Shown here piece by piece: positions 1 to 11,780 of a stretch of 64,000 nt of DNA; position 1 is the first letter of the stretch, and each line of letters opens with the position of its first letter. The position numbers and the translations under genes were made by a program. The stretch spans positions 42,470,001-42,534,000 of the forward strand of contig OZ241826.1 in assembly GCA_965202585.1 (NCBI GenBank). The letters are read 5' to 3'. The notes below the pieces were generated by a model. It searched no databases. It was not told the origin of the DNA and saw nothing but the letters and a program-made list of their open reading frames with translations. The stretch is from Thalia democratica (Eukaryota).

Positions 1-3000
1 TAAAAGTAAAGTTGAACAAATTTACAAAACATATACTGGCTCTTTCTTTGTATACATATTACACAGAAAATTTTCAGAGAAAAGATGAAGTTAAAAATTA
101 AACAATTATAATTGAAACTGCTTTTCATTAAATACCTTTTCAATGTTTTAGACTAAAACTGTTGCTGTTTAACAGTTTAAATTGTATAATTTTTTTTACA
201 TATCTTGAAAAAATCATTTAAATTACAATTTTTTTAAATTTAATGAACATCTCAAAATCTATCTTTAGTTATAAAAATAGCTATATAGAATTTTATAATC
301 TTTTTTTTTTAAGGATTGTTAGATCAAAATTTATTTGTACATAAAAAAATGCACACAGCTCATAACTGAAGAAAAAATAATCTAATTATAGAAAACTTTT
401 TTACCAATTTCTATTTACGACTTAGCCTTCAAATTTTTAAAAGTTTTTTTTTAATTTTAAAAGTATTAAGCGTTTTAAAACAAAAAAATATTATTTTTTG
501 GTTTTTTACTTTACAACACAAAACTACGAAGTACGAACATAACAAGCATCTTTTAAATTTAGTGGTCTAAAAATGTAGAACAGTTTCTAATATTTTATGA
601 AAATTTCATTTTTTCAGCTTAATAGTTTAAAATTTAACTTTTAATGATTTAATACCAAAACTTAGACTAAGTATGTTTGTTTTTAATTAATTGTCCTGGA
701 CGTTAAAAAGTATCCAAGTGATGTACAACTCGATAACCGAAAGTACCAGGTTAAATAACGTTATCGTGTTGTGCAAAAATGAAAAAAAGATCAAAAAAAA
801 AATCACTGATTCTTATTTGAACTACAATTTAATTTTTGTTAAGTTTATGGATAACTCACAATAAGTTTGAAATTTATAATGATAAAAAAAGTATATAATC
901 TGTTGTTTTTTTAGTTATATACATATTTTTTGAATACTGCCATTAGTTTTTGTCACTCCTAATATTTTTAAATATTTTTTTTAGGTAAAATGATTTTATC
1001 TTTATTTGCTAATCCTGTATAACTTTAAATTTGTATATCACAACTTTTGCATACATAGTTTTAATGTAGCGCTTACATAATAAAATTTGTAATTTGAAAT
1101 AGGACATAACATGTATAAGTAATTGTTTACTTAGACATTTGTATAAACAAACAAATGTAAACTAAAAGAATATTGTCTTTACTAAAATATAACTGTTTTC
1201 TTTTTAACTGCTAAGGTTGTACATTTTTATTAACAAATATTAAAAATAACTTACTAAACAATGTTTGTTTAAACTTTAATAAAAGAACTAAATTTTTATT
1301 TTTATTTATTGCTATGTAAACACATCATATGCTACAAAACACTATTCTTCTTTGCTATTTTTTATTTACTAATTATGTGAATGCCATACTAGTTTCTTCA
1401 GTTTATTTTTAGATTACACTTTTTTTTTTAAGCAACTACTATAAATTTATGATTACTATTATGTTGACTTATTTTATTATTTCGATAAAGTCTAGTTTAG
1501 TTTTTGAAAATAAATAAACTGTTTGAAATATTCTTATTGAGTAGATATTACCTGACCACTTTACACTAAAGTTATTAGTGTTTTATTTTCTAGCAGATTT
1601 TTACGAAACATACTTGTTTATGATTTTGATTAAAGAGCGTCATTCTAGCAAAATTTAAGGTTTTTCAACAGTCTTAGTGTAAAAACTTTGTGAAAATAAA
1701 AAATACATAATATAAAATCTTAAGAATGCTCAGTTACGAGAATACAAACTTATTTATACTGTATATAAGTCTCGTTTGTATAGATCTCATAGCTTAGTAT
1801 GTACTATAAGACTAATTTTATCAAAAGCACTTTTAAGTAAACTATAGTGATTAAGCTTTTCTATTAGTATATAAAACTTCTTCAATAAGTTTGTTTTAAA
1901 CTTTAGTTATTTGTATATAAAAGGTTAGTGTCTCTTTAATAAGTTTTTGTTTATCAAAAACAAAAACATACAAAAAATTTGTATTTTTTTGATGGATTTT
2001 TAAGTTACTTTTACAACTAAATAGGGGAAAATATCATTAAGAACATTTCACAATTGAAGTTTTTATATTATTCATATATGAAGTAAATAGATTTTTTATT
2101 TTTTTTAAGTTGTTAAGTAATTTATAAAAAAAAAGTCTAATTTAAAAAATATCTTAAGAACAAATTCTTAAGAACTATATGTAAAATGAGTCAAAGTAAC
2201 GTCGTAATATCATAATACTGGCTTTCGGTTAAATACAAAAGTTATTAAAACTTAAGTTAAGTATTACTCATCTTTAAGATATTATCTTTAAAATATTTTC
2301 TACATTACTTAGTTAAAAATTTAACAAAAAACAACAAGTTTTCAAGTAAGATTGTTTATAAAGCTTTGGTAAACAAGTAAGTAAAATAAAAGTTTAAGAT
2401 AAGTATGTACAAAATAAACATAACATAATGAGCGAATATAATTTTCTTAGCTAAATACATAAAATAAAAAATCTAAAATCCTTCATTTCCTTAATCAGGC
2501 AGTTTTAAGGCTAGCATTTTTTTCAATTAATCAAAGCCTTTAAATACTTTTGGTTAGCTTCAACTTTGACTGCAAACTTTTGCAAAATTTCAAACAAAAC
2601 TACCATGTAAAATCAATTTAAGGAATGGATAAAAAGCCCTGTTTATCTTTAACTAGAGAATAAGTGACTTTTAAGTCACGACTCAAAATTTTGTGCATAT
2701 TTAAATTTCTAACAACTTAATTCAAACAGGAAAGACACAAAAAAGTGAAAAGGCACCAAAAAGTTTGCACGGAAAATAAAACATATTAGTAATAACACGT
2801 GCATGTTTGACTTTTAGTTCTAGTTTGTTAGAGCATTGTTGTGTTAGAATAATAAAAAAATTATGAAGCATACTAAGGTAATACAGTTGAAAATGTTGAA
2901 ATTTTGTATATATTTAATTGAAATTAAATTCGATTTTGCTTTACTTAGCTGATTGCAACTGCTAATCTAGTTCCTTTTGACGTAACATTAAACAGAAATT

Positions 3001-4020
3001 CTTTATACCATTTTTAAAAGTGTTTTTAAATTAAAGTTAAAATCTCAATATCATCATAAAAATTTCAAGCAATAACAAAATAAAACATAAGACCGGTTAA
3101 TGTGTTCCAATTTAACTACAACTTCACAGCCAACCGGCGCGTCGACTTGTAGCCTTTGTTTTGATAAATCAAAAGCAACAAGAGGAGCAGCGGAAAAGTA
3201 CTGGTCGGAACGACAGCTACAAGCTGAGAGTTCGAAGCTGTTTACACAAAGTAAGCCGTAAGTCGGTTTAAAGAGGCCTGGCATAAACTACAGCGAACAT
3301 GGCTGAAACCAGGTCAGAACGGCCTACGTGCAGCCCGAGGGCATGCAGACACGATGACTGTGTTCGAGCTTTTAGATTAACTTTTTTTTTTTGCTTTCTG
3401 TCGCAAAAACACTGACGCACGGGTTTATGTTGTGTCTTTGAAAATTCGAGCTTGAGTTTTTTTAGCTTCTCAAAGCAGACTAACGCATAGTCTTACAACT
3501 TTTTTTTTAGTGCTACAATGTTTTTCGCCGTATTAACACATAAATTTTGTTTACAAAAAAAAAACTTTAGTTGGTATCAAAAACGATACGCAAGCAACAG
3601 ATTTAAAACAAATGTCTCTAAATAACTTACAACTATATATGCTAAGCTACTTCACAACAAATAACATCTGATGTGAAAAACGTGTTAGTATAATAAAAAT
3701 TCTAAAAAAACGTGTCTTTATAAAGGAAAATACTTTTCAGCTACTCAGACACTTCACCAGCTACGGTATGCAAAGCGGGCTAGTTTCATGCGGTTAGTTT
3801 GTTAAAGCTAGAAAGTGTGCAAAAGTTAAAGCATGAGTAAACGCAGCAAAAAAATCAAGCAGAAAATATTTAAAGACATATACTTTTGAAAATAGCAAAC
3901 AAGCACAGGTTAGTGGCAAAGCGTGTTAGTTAGGTGAACCCCCTAACATAGGAGAACATTGTATTTCGTAACTATAACTTGTTACGGTTCTGGGGACACA
4001 CTGCTGCACGTTGCCACGGG

Positions 4021-4068
4021 TTACGCTATCCTGGGCGGCGGGGTGGTGTCCTTGTCCAAAAGCATTTC
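4021..4068 (-). CDS. NPAS4: NPAS4-like terminal coding exon (EMLLDKDTTPPPRIA*)
   Basis: Acceptor CTTTCACAG; the phase-0 frame has 12 of 15 codons ending in G/C and stops at TAA 4021-4023. Confidence 0.6.
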   Translation of the reverse strand, partial: EMLLDKDTTPPPRIA

Positions 4069-7000
4069 CTGTGAAAGTTAGTTTCATTTTGTTAAAAATG
4101 TTCATTTTCTTTTCCATGAAATAGCTATCATGAAAATTGTTTAAATCAATAAAAAAAAGAACTAAAAAAAGTACAAACACCTAGATTAAATTTAAAACGT
4201 CGGTTTGAAACATGTTTTTCGAATTTTATCATAAAACATTCTAAATTAACTCAAACTCATAGTCAAAAGAAAAAAGTTTGACTTAGTATTGTTTCTGCAA
4301 CTATTTGCAAAAAATAGGCTACGTTAAAAGTTTTAATGCCTGAAATAACCGATAAATTCGGTGTAATAATACGACCGAGGTACAAGCTCTCACTTAATGG
4401 GAAACAAGACCGCAACCCTGCGGACAATTCAAAAGTAATTAAAAAATGTTTTGCGACAAACAAACGGTGTATTTCAGGGGTGGAATTAGCTTAAGACGAC
4501 TGATCAAAACAAGATTACAGCGTTTGTATGTTAACATAAGAAATTGGTAAACACACACACACACAAATTGACAATCTGTCCGCCGACTTAGTCTAATTTA
4601 TCAATCACCGACATAAAAGGGTGTACGGAGACAAACCAATCGACTTAAAAAAGATTATTTTGTTATGATATTAGGGAAAAAAACCTCCGCTAAGTGCTTG
4701 TCTTATTCAGATATTGATATTTTTGTAAACTACTTAGTCATAAATCGCTTGTTCAGTGTTATCTAATATTATTGGGTTAAAAAATATCTAATTTTATTTA
4801 TTTATTTAAAGACGACTTTTAAGAATAATATTAACAAAAATTGTAATGCTGTTTGTACAACTAAAATTTTAAACTTGTAGACGAATTAGAATTAAGTGAT
4901 ATAGTAATTTCTAGTTTAAGTATAGTAACCTATATATTCTTCTACCAATCCATGCTTGATTTATAACTAATTTTTGAGACTAGAATACAAGACAGTTTTT
5001 ATTTAATGTACAAACAATTTTTTTTTCTTACAAAATAAATTCTAGTGATAATAACAATTTAAAACTAATAGTTTTTGAAAATAATATTTTTTTATAGTCA
5101 TTATTAATCTGTACACGAACGATACATACCATCATGCCCATATTGTTGTTCAACTTCCTAAACCAGTCCGTCGATCCCTGGTTGGCCAGGTGGTAAGAAT
5201 CCTCGGCTCCCGATTGGCTCCCAGCCGCCACGTTGGCTGCCGCCTGCGCGTAATAAGCAGCGGCGGCCGCGGTGTGATAAGCCCCCAGCGACCCGACCTG
5301 GGGTGTTGCTATGGAGTACTGGAGCTGGTAGCCGCCCTGCTTTTCGTTCGACCTGCGCTGCTGGTGCGCCGGTTTGGGGGAGTTCCCTGCAAACCGGAAC
5401 CCTGCGGTCGACGGGCTTGTGCTTTGGACTCCGCTACGTCGCCTCTTCGGGGACGGCGGGCTGTTGCCGCCCTGGTTCGACTGCACCAGCTGCCTCGGAG
5501 ACCTGCCCTCAACCGGGTGGTAGTAGTCGCCCGAGTCGGCTGCTGCTGTCAACGGCGGCCGGTAGTACGGGTGGTTGTTGTTCTGGTTGGTGTGCATCTG
5601 CGACGTCATGTGGTGCTGGTGTGACGTCATGAAGCCGTGGAGGGTGTCGGGCGCCACCGGAGCCAGCGTGGTGTAGCCGCCGTCTAATAAGTAGCTCTGG
5701 TGGTCGTGGTGGTGATGGGGGTGTAACTGAGCCATGAACGACTCGGCTGCGCCCCCTGCAACCGGCACGTGGTGGTGCGCCGCGTAGTGGTGGAAGTGCG
5801 GGTAGCCTGGGTGGAAATGGCCTACCTGCGGGTCGATGGGGTAGGAGTTGGAGTGGTGCAGGGGTCTGTGTTGGTACTGGGCAGCCAGATTGTGACCGAT
5901 GACGTCCTCGCTGCTCCTCCTCACCAGCTGCATTTTTGAAGGGGTTTCCCCTGCCTGAGAAACGGCCCCGCTCAATTTCCTTTTCTGCATCAGCTGCTGC
6001 CTCAGCCGCGACTTGCCGTCCGCTCCCGACCCCAAGTGGCGGGCCTGCTGCTGCGCCGCGTACGCGTAGTGCTGGTAGCTGTTGGGGGAGTTCCCGTCGT
6101 GGTGGTGGGAATTCAACGCTTGGGTGAGGAGGGTCGACTGGTAGGCAAGGAGTCTGCGGTCCTGCTCGCTGTAGTGGTCGGGAAAGGGCAGGAAGTTGTG
6201 GTACAGGCGGAAGTAGGGCACTTCTTCCTCGCTGTTGGAAGTTTTAGTAAAATTACTATTTTCTTACAATCAAAATTTTGTAAACTTAAATAGTTGTAAA
6301 GCTTTTAGGTAAAACGCACAAGTTTTTTTTTACAATCAAACTTTTTCAAGTAAGTTTTAGCTTAAAAGTTTAGCATGGAATCGTTTAAGTAGGCTAAGTT
6401 TTTGTTATTAAACTTGTTTTTCTTTATACGTTATGTAAGTGAACTGTAGTTTAAACAAAGTGTTTAAGGTAGCTATTTTAGGATCCCACATCCATGTATT
6501 TCATTTTACTTTCTTATTTTTTTACGTTGCATATATATTAGTATATTGTTACGAAGTTTAAAAGTTATTAAAAGCCAAAACTTTGCATAGAGCTTGTGTA
6601 ACATAAATTATACCAGGTAAAGTGACCAGTAATTTATAGTTTTTGTTTCTAAGTGTTATTAATAGTTTTTATTTTTATATTAATTTTTTTTTATTAGTAC
6701 GAAGCCTTTAATTAAACTTATAACTTTATTAAAATGAGTATCAATAGTAAATATCGAACCTTATGACAATGTAATTGCATATGAGGTTACTGTTCATATT
6801 TTCTTGGTTCTTTTCAGCAGTTATGTCTACCCAAACATTTTCTCCAGTCTTTTTGATAAGCCTCAATACACAAGCAAAAGTTGAACCATCTTCTTTTACT
6901 GTAAAAAAAAGTAACTTATAAAAAACATTATTTTGAGAAACGTATACTTGGAATTTTAAAAAATTCATTTTAAATAAGCATAACTTGTAAGCTTAAAGTT

Positions 7001-10000
7001 TGTAAGCTTTATAACATAACCCAAATGTAAAATCTTCACAATTTTTAAGCATCATAAATCAATATACGGCAATATATAAAAACTCTAACAGCTTTAAACG
7101 GTTACTTCCGGACTAAAAATCGTTGCTACGTTTTGTTCGAACAAAACAAGCTGACGGCGACTTTGTACAAAAACATACTTGCATGCACTTAGTTAACACT
7201 AGCATATTCAAATTTAGACGCAAAAAAATTCCATTTTAACCTTCCCACGCACATCAAGTGATGACAGCGAAAAGTGCACACATTTTCATTTAAAACCAAA
7301 AATCAAGTCAGACGGCAAACGTGACTACCACGCAGTAATTACTGTATATTAATTATTATATGATTGCTGCCATTCACACACACTGGAGCGACGTTTCAAT
7401 TTTTTCCTCGCCATTGTTCCACGCACTCGCATGCACAACACAGGAAGGTGGGTAGCTGAGAGGCAATTCAATACACACCACCGAGTGTGAAGGGTGTCGT
7501 ATTACTTTTCCTTGTTTTGTGTTAAGCTGCTCAGCTTAGTGCGGCTCAGCTTTACAAACGACTTTAAAGCGGCAGTTGGGAATGAGAGAATTTTTTTGCA
7601 GCTTTTTGATCGAACGTTGACTTTTTTGACAAGCTTTGAGTTCAAATTCAAATTGCGAGCAACAAGAGTAAAGTTACTTTCCCACTTTTAATTTACTATA
7701 AAACAGTTTGTTTTAGCAAACCGACCGTATTTAAGATGCTGCTGTTTCGCCTGGTTCGTGTCTTGCGGGTGGATGAGCTCGTACCAGCTGGTTCCTTCCA
7801 ACTCTTCTGGTTTGTAGCCCAGCAATATTTCTACACTGTTTGGTACCTGTATATGGAAATAACTAAAGTATTTTTAACTAAAAATATAAATAAAAACAAA
7901 ACGCTGGTTTAAATAAACGAAGTAAGTAATAACAATTGTTTTGTTTTAGGTATACCGACCTCGACAAATTTCATATCACACGAGTGAATAGCTTTGAACT
8001 CGCAAGCCCTGGTATTCGGGTGATGCCTCACGTCTGAAACGGGTCTGGACTCCACCGGACTGCACATGACGAAAAATATGACGTCACTGCCCCACTCCTG
8101 GGTCGTCATGGGAACCTGACATCGGTGGAACTTTCCGGTCACGTGTACTATCTAAATGTTTTTTTTTCAAAACTAGCAAAAAACTAAAACTAGCGAGGTT
8201 AAGCATTAACAGTACAAAATAAGTTTTAGGAAAGATTTATTACGAAACACATTCAATTTCTTAAGATGTACTGTTTTTTTAACGTGCTTCAACTTTTGTT
8301 AAAATTTTTACTCAAAACTCTTTTGAGTTGCGCAAATTATGCGCTGTTCAGCTTAGAGTTTGAGACTTCCGTTGAATATAATATGAGAGAAAATGCCTGC
8401 TAATAGCGATGCTACATCGCGCTTTAAATCTTAACTGAAACTATTTTTAATATGATCGACTGAAAACTTTTTTTGAACTGGTCTCAAGCAAACTTACCAA
8501 AACTAAACCAAAATTTACTTCACGTTTTGCTTAGGCTAGTTTAAAAGATTGCATTTATATACGTATAAGATATGGACTTGAATTGATTTTATATTTTAAT
8601 TCGTATTATTAACATTGTTTTAAAATCATTTCAATTAAGCTAATAACACTTTGCTCAATTTAAAAATTGAAAAGCTTCAGATAAACGACTTAAGGATGAT
8701 TTCATTTTATTGCAAAACTACAGTTTCACAGTGGTAACAACACCAGTGGTCATCACTTACAATAAATTGATAAAATCACTATCTTTAGCAGCCTAGACAG
8801 TAATTTTACAAGTTTATTGTAACCAATGATTGCTGGTATTGTTACTACTGTGAAACTATAGTTTTGCGATAAAATAAAATCATTAGTAAATCGTTTTGTA
8901 TTTAAGAGTAAGAGTATATCTAAGAGTACTTTAATTTTTTTTTATCAATTGTCAAGTAATATAGAATTTGTTCACTACCTAATTTTTAAAATTTATCATT
9001 GCAATTTCTGATAACTTATTAGAAAAATAGTTGAACAGTTTCTTATAATATTTTTTTTACTTAGATCAAAAAGGAAGCTTCAGAGTTTTTATATTTATTC
9101 TAAGTAGGTTTAGAGATTAAAATTATAATATAAACTGAAAAACTGCTATCTATTAAATGTAATACCTTTTTTTTTCTAAAAATGTAAAAAACTATAATCC
9201 TTTATTCCAATTTAGAAAAAAAAATATTCAACTCTTACCTTGTTCTTCCAAGATCTCATTTGTGTTTTCATATATCTCGAAGTGGTCATCCTGCAGAAGA
9301 AAGAAACCCTGCAGTCGTCATGACTACGGTGTTCCGGGTACTCCAACTGAGCTCGGATTTGTTCGTGGTCGTCCTTGTCTACAAAGTCGAACACAGAGTC
9401 TCCCTGACTGGCCAGTTCAACCTAATTAAAACATTGTTTTTCTTTAGAATTTGGAGGTTCTGAACTAAAAGTTTGCTTCTGGAGGAAGTTGTGACAGAAC
9501 TAAAAGTTTTACTTGGCTTAGACTTACAAAAAAAACAGTTTAAATTTTTTTGATATTATCGTCTTTTTATTATCGGCACTTTTTTTCTTCTTGATAGGAT
9601 AGTTTATGATGATATTTTAAAACTACTCAGTTTCAACAGTTGTAAAACTCCTAAAATAAAAAATATAAACAAACCAGGTTTTACAACAAACTAACCACAG
9701 TGTTTCCGAGATAGTCGAGTATGTTGTCGCTGGTGTACAATATTTTTCCGTCCTTGTTGAAAGACATCATGAACCCTGGCAACGACCCGGCAAACTCCCC
9801 TAGCAACCACGTGTCGTTAATATGGTTGCTACCGAAAACCTGGCCTCCATTTACTAAAAAGAATAAAGTGTTTAAAAAAGTATTTAAAAGTATTCAAAAA
9901 ATAGTTTTTGAATAAAGCTGGCAAAATAGTAACTTTAAAACATTAAAATTACAAAGTTTATGTTCCAAAAACTTGACTGTAATGCGTTTTTTCATAGCTG

Positions 10001-11780
10001 TTAAAAATTATCTCCTAAAATCAATTACTGCCTTATATATATATATATATATATATACGCTTTTATGTAAAAATATTTTTCTTAGAAACAAGTTGCTCAA
10101 GCCGCATTATTCTAATACCAGTCTGCGCCCACACCGCGTGGGCCGATTTTTGCAACTTCAAACTCCAAGGTAATTGACTACTTTAAAGTAGTTTAGACTG
10201 AATTAAAACAACCATCATGAATTGCAGTTTGGCGCAACGTTTTCAAGTTTTACTATAGATCAAAGCGGGCTAGACGTCACGTTTATGACAAAGCCAACTG
10301 TGAAGTCCTTGCCCGAAAACTCGAAGAGGCGAGACAAAAACTGCATTGTTTTGTTGATTGGATTTTTAATTGATGTCAAAGTGCGCATCTTTTATTTGTC
10401 ACGGTTTCGAGCAAAGTGCGTGAAACTAATGCAATCAATTAAAAATGTCTTCAAATAGACAGCACAAATTTTTTTTTTTGATTTTTTCCTACCTTGTTTA
10501 CTTTGTAAAGGTCACTGATTTAGCTCAGTATTACTTTATAAAGTCTGAAAATGAAATAAAAGTTTTTGTTTGATACTACTTTTTCCGAGAGATTTACACC
10601 TTTTTTCATTGTTTAAACATAAGAATAAATTTTCTTCAGAATAAAGTGAGTCACTGTTTTCTTAACAATTTCACTTTTTTCTGATATAAAACGTATGAAG
10701 AGTTAAACTTTATCTCTATCTAATTTAAACTTCATAAAACTTCAACTAAGAAAAAACAAACGCCCAACAACATTTCAACTCGCTTTTGTTTGTTTTTGAG
10801 AAACTCACATCATGTAAAAAAAAAAATAAAGAGTTTCAATCAAAACAAAAACCCACGTATGTTGTTGAAGAACGTCGCCTTCCTGATGTAGGTGTTGGTC
10901 AGCGCCAGGATGCCCAGGTAGCTCAGCCGCTCCCTGCTGCTCTTCTTCAGCGGCAGCAAGTTCTGCAGCTCCCGGATCTCGCTGTTTATCAGGTCCCGCC
11001 TCTTCTTGCTCAGCACCCTCGGCTCCGGACCCTCGCTCCCGGTTATTCCCCCTCTCTGCTGGTTGCCTCCCGACTGGTTCTGCTGGTTGCCGCCCCTCGC
11101 CCCCGGTTTCCATCTGCTGTAGGTAGTTTTTTTTGTAATGAGTAAAATATTACAGGAGTAAGTAAAAATTAGTCTTTGTAAAAAAAAAGAGATATTTTTG
11201 TTCAATAGTTCAATTAGTATGAAATGATCTCAATATATCATCGCAAAGTTTATGAACAACATATCGAATGAATAAAGCTGTTATTTGATTTATAAGAATA
11301 GATATGTTTTTCCCATAAATCAATCAGTTCTTCTATAAGTCTAAACTAGTTTAAATATACTTTCATAAATTTTAAAAACGTCTTAGTGAGTTTCTCACGG
11401 TTACTAACCAAAAAGTAATTTAAATTTTTTTTATTTTAATTCAACAATGTCAAAAATTTCGAACAAAAGTGTTTAATCCTTTTTGTTTAATTTAACTTAA
11501 TGATTTGAGGTTTATCAACAAGATTAAAGAAATTTCAAACAAGTGCGGTAAAGCATTACAATTTGACTATAGGCAGTTTCTCAAAATTTAAAACAAGAAA
11601 AGCTTTGTAATTCCGACAATCATATCAAAAAAAGAATAATATTGTAAACATTCCAGAGCATTCCGCAAAGCAGATTTTGATTAATCTCTGACGCGCAATC
11701 CCAAGTATTCGGTCACCATAAGTTGACAGTTACAAAAAAAATTACTTGAATAAAACTCGCCGGTTCGAAATCGTAAGCAT
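4021..11780 (-). CDS. NPAS4: bHLH-PAS transcription factor, NPAS4/dysfusion-like (about 745 aa from ATG 11780; about 770 aa if started from the 15340 exon)
   Basis: Exons 11746-11780 (or 11746-11852), 10857-11116, 9696-9853, 9239-9421, 7960-8151, 7726-7846, 6760-6898, 5130-6231 and 4021-4068. All introns are GT-AG and phases match (2,1,0,0,0,1,2,0). The bHLH SKKRRDLINSEIRELQNLLPLKKSSRERLSYLGILALTNTYIRKATFF matches the NPAS4/Dys pattern (SKxRRDxINxEIxxLxxLLPL...RLSYLxIxxL..xYxRKxxFF). PAS-A and PAS-B follow, then an H/Q/A-rich tail. The 5' end is the least certain part. Confidence 0.85.
5130..6231 (-). CDS. NPAS4: NPAS4-like large exon, low-complexity His/Gln/Ala/Ser-rich C-terminal region
   Basis: 1102 nt open frame, acceptor CCAACAG, strong donor ATG|GTATGT at 5129, high GC3; basic NLS-like QKRKL and SPKRRR. 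Confidence 0.85.
6760..6898 (-). CDS. NPAS4: NPAS4-like exon, PAS-B C-terminal (PAC) segment
   Basis: VKEDGSTFACVLRLIKKTGENVWVDITA...ICNYIVIS (RLxxKxGxxxW PAC motif); phase 1 to 2. Confidence 0.85.
7726..7846 (-). CDS. NPAS4: NPAS4-like exon, PAS-B core
   Basis: VPNSVEILLGYKPEELEGTSWYELIHPQDTNQAKQQHLKY (LGYxPEEL..SWYxLxHPxD PAS-B motif). Below the ORF-track length cut-off. Confidence 0.9.
7960..8151 (-). CDS. NPAS4: NPAS4-like exon, PAS-A/PAS-B linker and PAS-B start
   Basis: IVHVTGKFH...FFVMCSPVE...FKAIHSCDMKFVE; 192 nt, phase 0 to 0, donor GTCGGT. Confidence 0.85.
8683..8896. mobile_element. Foldback MITE-like inverted repeat in an NPAS4-like intron
   Basis: Two arms of about 95 bp (…ttttattgcaaaactacagtttcacagtggtaacaacaccag… and the reverse complement of …ctggtattgttactactgtgaaactatagttttgcgataaaa…) are largely identical, with a short spacer. 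No clear TSD. Confidence 0.7.
9239..9421 (-). CDS. NPAS4: NPAS4-like exon, PAS-A C-terminal half
   Basis: VELASQGDSVFDFVDKDDHEQIRAQL...FFCRMTTSRY; the QGDSxxDxxD..DH motif is characteristic of NPAS4; 183 nt, donor GTAAGA. Confidence 0.9.
9696..9853 (-). CDS. NPAS4: NPAS4-like exon, PAS-A N-terminal half
   Basis: LNGGQVFG...SLPGFMMSFNKDGKILYTSDNILDYLGNTV; acceptor TTTTTAG, donor GTTAGT; 158 nt, phase 1 to 0. Confidence 0.9.
10034..10057. repeat. (TA)12 microsatellite in an NPAS4-like intron
   Basis: Direct reading; an (AC)7 tract also lies at 4551-4564. Confidence 0.9.
10857..11116 (-). CDS. NPAS4: NPAS4-like exon encoding the bHLH domain
   Basis: Tandem acceptor TACAG/CAG (exon start 11116 or 11113), donor GTGGGT at 10856; frame RWKPGARGGNQQ...RKATFFNNI. 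Confidence 0.9.

Noticed and set aside
3926-4180. Longer frame GNAFGQGHHP...GGSPN as the C-terminus
   Set aside because: Needs a phase-1 donor. The strong donor at 5129 is phase 0, and the nearby phase-1 GT creates TGA at the junction.
5190-6293. Five plus-strand ORFs of 63-144 aa overlapping the large exon
   Set aside because: Antisense shadows of a GC3-rich coding exon; R/G/V-biased composition and no splice context.
10805-11113. ATG-initiated 102-aa ORF METGGEGRQ... at the bHLH exon start
   Set aside because: Shifted frame of the bHLH exon; after splicing it stops within about 7 codons of the next exon.
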